This document shows positions 59,085-64,000 of a stretch of DNA of 64,000 nucleotides, in pieces. The stretch comes from an uncultured Bacteroidales bacterium (GTDB lineage: Bacteria > Bacteroidota > Bacteroidia > Bacteroidales > UBA11471). The notes under the pieces are model-generated. The model searched no databases and was not told the DNA's origin. It was given only the letters and a program-made list of their open reading frames with translations. The DNA lies in contig CANQQA010000006.1 in assembly GCA_947625885.1 (NCBI GenBank), forward strand, positions 3,832-67,831. Direction: 5' to 3'. Each line of letters begins with the position of its first letter. The first letter of the stretch is position 1. Both the position numbers and the translations under genes were made by a program.

Positions 59085-59672
59085 TCAAAGTTGTCCGTTT
59101 TCTACAAGCACCACGATTTCTTCCAATATTTTGTCGCTGCCTTCGGGTTCCCATTCTTTGCGCAGACTTACACCGAACATACTGCCGAATGTTTGCCAGA
59201 AAGTTGCCCGAAAGCCTCCCAAAAAGGCTTTTATCAATTGATAGGAAGATTGGTTGCATTCTCGGTCTATAAGTCGTATAAGAAGTTTTGCTTGCGTATA
59301 GGTAAAGTTTTTCAGTTCGGGTTTGTATTCCTCAAACAGCTCTTTTTCCATACGTTTGAGATGTTTGTTTCTCTCGTCTTCGGGCAAAGTTTGGATATAT
59401 TCATAAGTCTCTATCAAAGCATTGTGTACGAGTTTGGCGTATGGCAATACTTTTTTCACGTCGCGTACGTTGCGCCAGTAATATTCTTTTTCTTTTGCAG
59501 TCTTGAATACCCTTCGCGGAAAACAATATACAGGACGCGTGATGATGAGCATAGCCGTATCGCCAGCGTCAGTGGCAATGTAAGTAACGCGCTGAATATA
59601 TCGGGATTGCTGAGCCATGCAGAAAGATGACAAACATACCGATACGACAAGTAATAAATAAAACTTTCTCAT
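59085..59672 (-). CDS. DUF4294-like secreted protein
   Basis: Signal peptide (FYLLLVVSVCLSSFCMAQ) and the block YTQAKLLIRLIDRECN, which I recall as typical of the Bacteroidetes DUF4294 family. Start set to ATG 59672. Confidence 0.65.
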   Translation of the reverse strand: MRKFYLLLVVSVCLSSFCMAQQSRYIQRVTYIATDAGDTAMLIITRPVYCFPRRVFKTAKEKEYYWRNVRDVKKVLPYAKLVHNALIETYEYIQTLPEDERNKHLKRMEKELFEEYKPELKNFTYTQAKLLIRLIDRECNQSSYQLIKAFLGGFRATFWQTFGSMFGVSLRKEWEPEGSDKILEEIVVLVENGQL

Positions 59673-59879
59673 CGACTGCAAAAGTAATGTATTACCCTCA
59701 AAAAAAGAGGTTGCAAAATGTTTTTTTCTGTTTTTTAGCGGTATATAACTTGTTAATAATATTTTGATAGTCGAAAATATTATATTATTAAATAAGTGTT
59801 TTACAATAAAATAATATAAAAAAGCAAGTTATAAACGAGAGTTAATAAAGAATGATTACATGGAAATTTGTTTTTAAAT

Positions 59880-59887
59880 TATCTTTG
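59880..59887 (+). promoter_or_regulatory. -7 promoter box (TATCTTTG)
   Basis: Exact TAnnTTTG, 26 nt upstream of ATG 59913. Confidence 0.5.
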
Positions 59888-59912
59888 CAGTACGATAAAA
59901 CAAGAAGTGTCT

Positions 59913-60686
59913 ATGATTTTATTCGGAGAAATAGTTTTCGGTCCGGTGCACAGCCGACGGCTCGGCATATCGTTGGGAGTAAATCTGCTGCCTGCGGACG
60001 GAAAGGTATGTACATTCGATTGCATTTATTGCGAATGCGGTTACAATGCAAACCGTCACACCCATACGAAATTGCCCGACAGAAAAGCTGTGTATGAAGC
60101 TCTGGAAAAGAGACTTTCCGCCATGAAAGAAGCAGGTGAAGGACTGAATGTGATAACGTTTGCCGGAAACGGCGAGCCGACACTGCACCCGCAATTTCCG
60201 GAAATTATAGACGATACGATAAAATTGCGCGATTCCTATTTTCCGGAAGTAAAAATAAGTGTGCTTTCCAATGCCACCCGCATAGATGATGCGGGAGTAT
60301 TTTCGGCACTGAACAGGGTAGATAACAATATTTTGAAAATAGATTCCGTATATGACGATACGATACGTCGTATCAATGCGCCTGTTGCCCAACGGTTTTC
60401 GGCAGAAGAATTGATAGAAAAACTTTGCCGTTTCAACGGGAAGTTGATTGTTCAGACGCTTTTTCTGCAAGGCGAACACAACGGGGCTGTCATCGACAAT
60501 ACCACCGATAGAGAGGTGGAGGGTTGGATTGCTGCGATGCGTCGTATAGCTCCGCAGAAAGTCATGGTCTATACCATAGACAGGGAGACGCCCGAGAAAA
60601 ATCTGCACAAGGTATCGCCCGAAAAATTGAACAAGATAGCCCGCCGTGTCGAAGTTCTCGGTATAGAGGTCTCTGTATCTTATTGA
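59913..60686 (+). CDS. radical SAM protein (small, function unknown)
   Basis: CxxxCxxC cluster CTFDCIYC preceded by FGPVHSRRLGISLGVNL, and a GNGEPTL SAM-binding motif. Start set to ATG 59913. Confidence 0.85.
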   Translation: MILFGEIVFGPVHSRRLGISLGVNLLPADGKVCTFDCIYCECGYNANRHTHTKLPDRKAVYEALEKRLSAMKEAGEGLNVITFAGNGEPTLHPQFPEIIDDTIKLRDSYFPEVKISVLSNATRIDDAGVFSALNRVDNNILKIDSVYDDTIRRINAPVAQRFSAEELIEKLCRFNGKLIVQTLFLQGEHNGAVIDNTTDREVEGWIAAMRRIAPQKVMVYTIDRETPEKNLHKVSPEKLNKIARRVEVLGIEVSVSY

Positions 60687-60730
60687 GAAAAAAAGAGTTG
60701 TTTTGATGTTCTTTTTGCAGGAAAAATCAT

Positions 60731-60738
60731 TACTTTTG
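60731..60738 (+). promoter_or_regulatory. -7 promoter box (TACTTTTG), implying a ~150-nt leader
   Basis: Exact TAnnTTTG, 161 nt upstream of ATG 60899. Confidence 0.4.
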
Positions 60739-60898
60739 TTCTGTAAATAAAAAATCGCGCTTTCGAGAAAAATTTTCGGCATATTGAGTTTTCAAAAACG
60801 AAAGAGGTTGTACATGTCGCATGTGCAAAATGTTTGTCGTATTCTTTCCTGCCTGTGTGGGCAGGAAATCAAGTCGTTATAAAAAATCGGATTGATTT

Positions 60899-61939
60899 AT
60901 GGGATTGATGTTTTTATACCTGTTCATGGCATTGGGTGTATCGTTTACCTGTTCGGTATTGGAGGCGGTATTGCTTTCGACACCGATGTCGTTTATCAGT
61001 ATGAAAGAGCAGGAGGGAGGCAAATCGGCAGCTCTGTTGAAAAAATACAAACAGAATATAGACAAACCTATTTCGGCAATTTTGTCGCTAAATACGATTG
61101 CCCATACCATCGGTGCTGCCGGAGTGGGCGCCGAGGCGGTAAAACTTTTCGGCGAAGTTTACTTCGGAGTTATCTCGGCAATACTCACGCTGCTGATACT
61201 GGTTATTTCCGAAATCATACCTAAGACGATAGGAGCCTCTTACTGGCGACGGTTGGCATTGTTTGCGGCGCAGGTGATACGGGTGTTCGTGTTCATCTGT
61301 TATCCGTTGGTATTGTTGTCGGAGTTGATAACGCGCATTGTTACGCCGAAAGAAAAAGAGCTTTCCGTGAGTCGCGAAGAGGTGTCGGCTATGGTAACGG
61401 TGGGCGAGGAAGAAGGCGTATTCCAATCGAAAGAAAACAAGGTGATACAAAATCTTATCCGACTCAACAACGTGAAAGTGAAAGAAGTAATGACACCGCG
61501 CGTTGTTACCGAAGTGGCGTCGGAAGATATGACGCTGCGTGATTTTTATCAGGAAAAGGCTTATCGTTTCTATTCGCGCATACCGGTATATGGCGATAGT
61601 AAAGATTATATTACCGGCTACGTGCTGCGACGTACCGTACTTGAAAATCTTACCGAAGACAAGTTCGACATGAAATTAAAGGACATCAAGCGGTCGATAC
61701 CCTGTTTTTCGGAAACGAAGTCGGTATCGACTGTTTGGGAAAAACTGCTCGAACATAAAGAACAAATCGCGCTTATCGTCGATGAATACGGCTGTTTTGC
61801 CGGAATTATCACAATGGAAGATGTGGTGGAAACGATTTTCGGTTTGGAAATCATCGACGAAACAGATACGGTGGTCGATATGCAGCAGCTTGCCCGCGAC
61901 CGCTGGAATGCTCGCATGGAGCGATACAAGTCGATGTAA
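60899..61939 (+). CDS. CNNM/DUF21 transmembrane domain + CBS-pair protein (CorC/HlyC-family transporter-like, lacking the CorC_HlyC C-terminal domain)
   Basis: N-terminal DUF21-like 4-TM region, then a CBS pair (VKEVMTPRVV ... IVDEYGCFAGIITMEDVVE). Confidence 0.85.
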   Translation: MGLMFLYLFMALGVSFTCSVLEAVLLSTPMSFISMKEQEGGKSAALLKKYKQNIDKPISAILSLNTIAHTIGAAGVGAEAVKLFGEVYFGVISAILTLLILVISEIIPKTIGASYWRRLALFAAQVIRVFVFICYPLVLLSELITRIVTPKEKELSVSREEVSAMVTVGEEEGVFQSKENKVIQNLIRLNNVKVKEVMTPRVVTEVASEDMTLRDFYQEKAYRFYSRIPVYGDSKDYITGYVLRRTVLENLTEDKFDMKLKDIKRSIPCFSETKSVSTVWEKLLEHKEQIALIVDEYGCFAGIITMEDVVETIFGLEIIDETDTVVDMQQLARDRWNARMERYKSM

Positions 61940-61945
61940 TGCCGT

Positions 61946-61966
61946 ATAGAATTTAAAAAATTCTAT
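61946..61966 (+). terminator. weak AT-rich hairpin after the CNNM gene
   Basis: 8-bp stem atagaatt / aattctat, 5-nt loop, followed by ttt. Confidence 0.35.
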
Positions 61967-62013
61967 TTTCGCACGAAAAATCCGGTGATGAAACAACTGT
62001 CGTAAAATAGTAT

Positions 62014-62021
62014 TATCTTTG
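62014..62021 (+). promoter_or_regulatory. -7 promoter box (TATCTTTG)
   Basis: Exact TAnnTTTG, 41 nt upstream of ATG 62062. Confidence 0.5.
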
Positions 62022-62061
62022 CGCCGACTTTATACTTAAACCTTTAATTCATCATCAGATT

Positions 62062-62931
62062 ATGAAGATGCCTTTGCACAGATTATGGCTTGAAATCAAA
62101 GATTATACAATCATTACGTTCGGTCTTATGTGCTACGCTTTCGGGTGGGTAGCGTTTTTGGTTTCCAACGAAATCGTAACGGGCGGCGTAACAGGTCTTT
62201 CGGCATTGGTGTTTTTCGGTACGAAAATACCGGTGGCAATTACCTACTTTACCATTAATGCCATATTGCTTATTGCGGCGGTAAAGGTTCTCGGGTGGCA
62301 GTATTGCATACGTTCCATATTCGGGGTGCTGATGATGACGTTCCTATTGTCTTTGGCAACGATTCTTATCAAAGAGCCTTTGCTCGAAGGCGAACCTTTC
62401 ATGGCGTGTATCATAGGCGGCATATTGTCGGGCGTGGGCATAGGCATAGCCTTTACGCGCAACGGCAGTACGGGCGGCACCGATATTGTCGCCGCCATTG
62501 TCAATAAATACAAGCCGATAACATTGGGTCGCACCATTTTGTATTGCGATGTGTGCATCATCAGTTCGTCGTTCTTAATCTTCCACAATCCCGAAAAAAT
62601 ACTTTTCGGATTCGTGGTACTGGCGGTTTCGACTTATACGTGCGACATGATAATCAACGGTATCCGACAGTCGATACAGCTTTTGATTTTTTCCGACAAG
62701 TATGAGGAGATAGCCGACCGCATCAACCGCGATGTGCATCGCGGAGTTACCATTATCGACGGCATGGGCTGGTATTCGAAACAGCCGAAAAAAGTAATCG
62801 TCGTATTGGCGAAACGCTCGGAGTCGAACAGCATTTTCCGGTTGGTGAAACAAATCGACACTCATGCCTTCATTTCGCAGTCGAATGTCATCGGCGTTTA
62901 CGGCGAGGGCTTCGATAAGATAAAAACATAG
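62062..62931 (+). CDS. YitT family membrane protein (DUF2179 C-terminal domain)
   Basis: TM-rich N-terminal part with GGVTGLS and GGTDIV blocks, and a soluble C-terminal DUF2179-like domain. Confidence 0.85.
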   Translation: MKMPLHRLWLEIKDYTIITFGLMCYAFGWVAFLVSNEIVTGGVTGLSALVFFGTKIPVAITYFTINAILLIAAVKVLGWQYCIRSIFGVLMMTFLLSLATILIKEPLLEGEPFMACIIGGILSGVGIGIAFTRNGSTGGTDIVAAIVNKYKPITLGRTILYCDVCIISSSFLIFHNPEKILFGFVVLAVSTYTCDMIINGIRQSIQLLIFSDKYEEIADRINRDVHRGVTIIDGMGWYSKQPKKVIVVLAKRSESNSIFRLVKQIDTHAFISQSNVIGVYGEGFDKIKT

Positions 62932-62975
62932 CTTGCGGCAGACAATAAAGCGGGACGAAATACCGTTATATCGGT

Positions 62976-63557
62976 ATGAAACAACTTGTTTTTGCGACCA
63001 ACAACGCCCATAAACTCGACGAAGTGCGAAAAATCTTGGGAGAAAAGTTCGATGTACTTTCTTTGAAAGAAATCGGCTGCAACGACGATATTGCCGAGAC
63101 TGCCGAAACTTTTGAGGGCAATGCGCTTATAAAGGCGCGTTACATTCGAGATAAATACGGCTACGATTGTTTTGCCGACGATTCCGGTCTCGAAATCGAC
63201 GCGTTGGGCGGTGCGCCCGGCGTATATTCCGCGCGCTATGCCGGCGAGGCGCACGATTCCGAAAAGAATATGGCAAAGGTACTGGAACAGCTGCAAGGCG
63301 TCGAAAATCGCACGGCGCGGTTCCGCACGGTTATTGCTTTGATTCTCGATGGAAAGGATCACCTTTTCGAGGGCGAGATAACGGGACGCATCATCGAGGA
63401 GCGGCGGGGTGCGGGCGGATTCGGCTACGACCCGATATTCATTCCCGACGGCGAGACCTGCACTTTTGCCGAGATGAGCGATACGCAGAAAAACGGCATC
63501 AGTCATCGGGCGCGAGCCGTGGCAAAATTGGTGGCATTTTTGGAATCTCTGTCATGA
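62976..63557 (+). CDS. rdgB: non-canonical purine NTP pyrophosphatase (RdgB/HAM1)
   Basis: [22 protein letters not shown] and ISHR motifs. Confidence 0.95.
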   Translation: MKQLVFATNNAHKLDEVRKILGEKFDVLSLKEIGCNDDIAETAETFEGNALIKARYIRDKYGYDCFADDSGLEIDALGGAPGVYSARYAGEAHDSEKNMAKVLEQLQGVENRTARFRTVIALILDGKDHLFEGEITGRIIEERRGAGGFGYDPIFIPDGETCTFAEMSDTQKNGISHRARAVAKLVAFLESLS

Positions 63558-64000
63558 AACGCATCTGTCTCTTGTTTTTTTCGTGGCTGCTTTTATGCGG
63601 AGCGCAGGCTATGGAGAAAGTCGGCGAATGGGAGTTGTATGCTACATTCCGCACGCCGAAACAGATATGCGAAGGCAATCGTAAGGTTTTTTTCTTAGCC
63701 GACAATTCGCTTTTTTCTTACGGCAAAGACGATGAAGAAGTACGGGAATTGTCGCGCCTGAATATTTTGTCGGACAATAATATCGACCGTATCGCCGGCG
63801 ACTTTGTGAACGATATTCTGGTTGTTGCCTACACCAACGGCAATATCGACTTGGTGGATATGGCGACAGAGACGGCATATAATATTCCGTATATAAAAAA
63901 TGCGATGCTTACCGCTTCCAAAAGAATCAACGACATAACGTTCGTCGGCAATGAGGCATATTTGGCGACGGATTTCGGCATCGTGGTGCTCGACGATGTG
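63554..64000 (+). CDS. secreted protein, 5' partial (runs off the window); beta-propeller-like N-terminus, possibly PorZ-like
   Basis: Not in the supplied track because it is open at the window end. ATG 63554 overlaps the rdgB stop (ATGA), followed by 149 stop-free codons. Signal peptide [19 protein letters not shown]. The family name rests on weak recollection only. Confidence 0.6.
   Translation, partial: MKRICLLFFSWLLLCGAQAMEKVGEWELYATFRTPKQICEGNRKVFFLADNSLFSYGKDDEEVRELSRLNILSDNNIDRIAGDFVNDILVVAYTNGNIDLVDMATETAYNIPYIKNAMLTASKRINDITFVGNEAYLATDFGIVVLDDV

Noticed and set aside
1-64000. Window-wide search for CRISPR arrays, transposases/IS ends, phage genes, toxin-antitoxin pairs, restriction-modification or other known defence genes
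   Set aside because: None was recognisable in the ORF translations or in the repeat structure I could see by eye. The MazG-like gene at 23362 sits in the usual dtd-mazG-deoC housekeeping context, not in a toxin-antitoxin or defence context.

Overview
This window reads as a syntenic core-chromosome stretch of a Bacteroidota (Bacteroidales-like) genome. The evidence is 25 exact TAnnTTTG -7 promoter boxes just upstream of gene starts, no Shine-Dalgarno sites, and the DUF4271/DUF4294/DUF2723 families. I call 55 protein genes and two tRNAs (Gln-TTG, Asn-GTT). Most genes are housekeeping: korAB, metG, ybeY, mnmG, apt, uvrC, dtd, deoC, polA, ychF, rnpA, tyrS, mutS, topA, nadA, rdgB. I saw no rRNA, CRISPR array, transposase, integrase, phage gene or recognisable defence system, and no single clearly novel multi-gene system. 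The observations most worth a second look are: (1) 14 Bacteroidetes O-glycosylation sequons packed into the N-terminal tail of the DUF4271 protein, in the same window as a metG-adjacent Wzx flippase + GT2 pair and a DUF2723 (GT-C-like) module; (2) a 1.1-kb low-GC islet between two tRNAs encoding two tandem paralogous 4-TM mini-proteins; (3) a low-GC two-gene secreted/lipoprotein cassette after topA; (4) a sharp GC mosaic (about 57-68% versus 32-45% on hand-counted lines) that includes housekeeping genes; (5) a 446-bp very AT-rich divergent intergenic region with an imperfect 17-bp inverted repeat pair; (6) a YidD-TatD single-ORF fusion; (7) a phosphatase-family lipoprotein lacking the CX5R arginine. 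All product calls come from motif and family recognition by eye. No searches were run.
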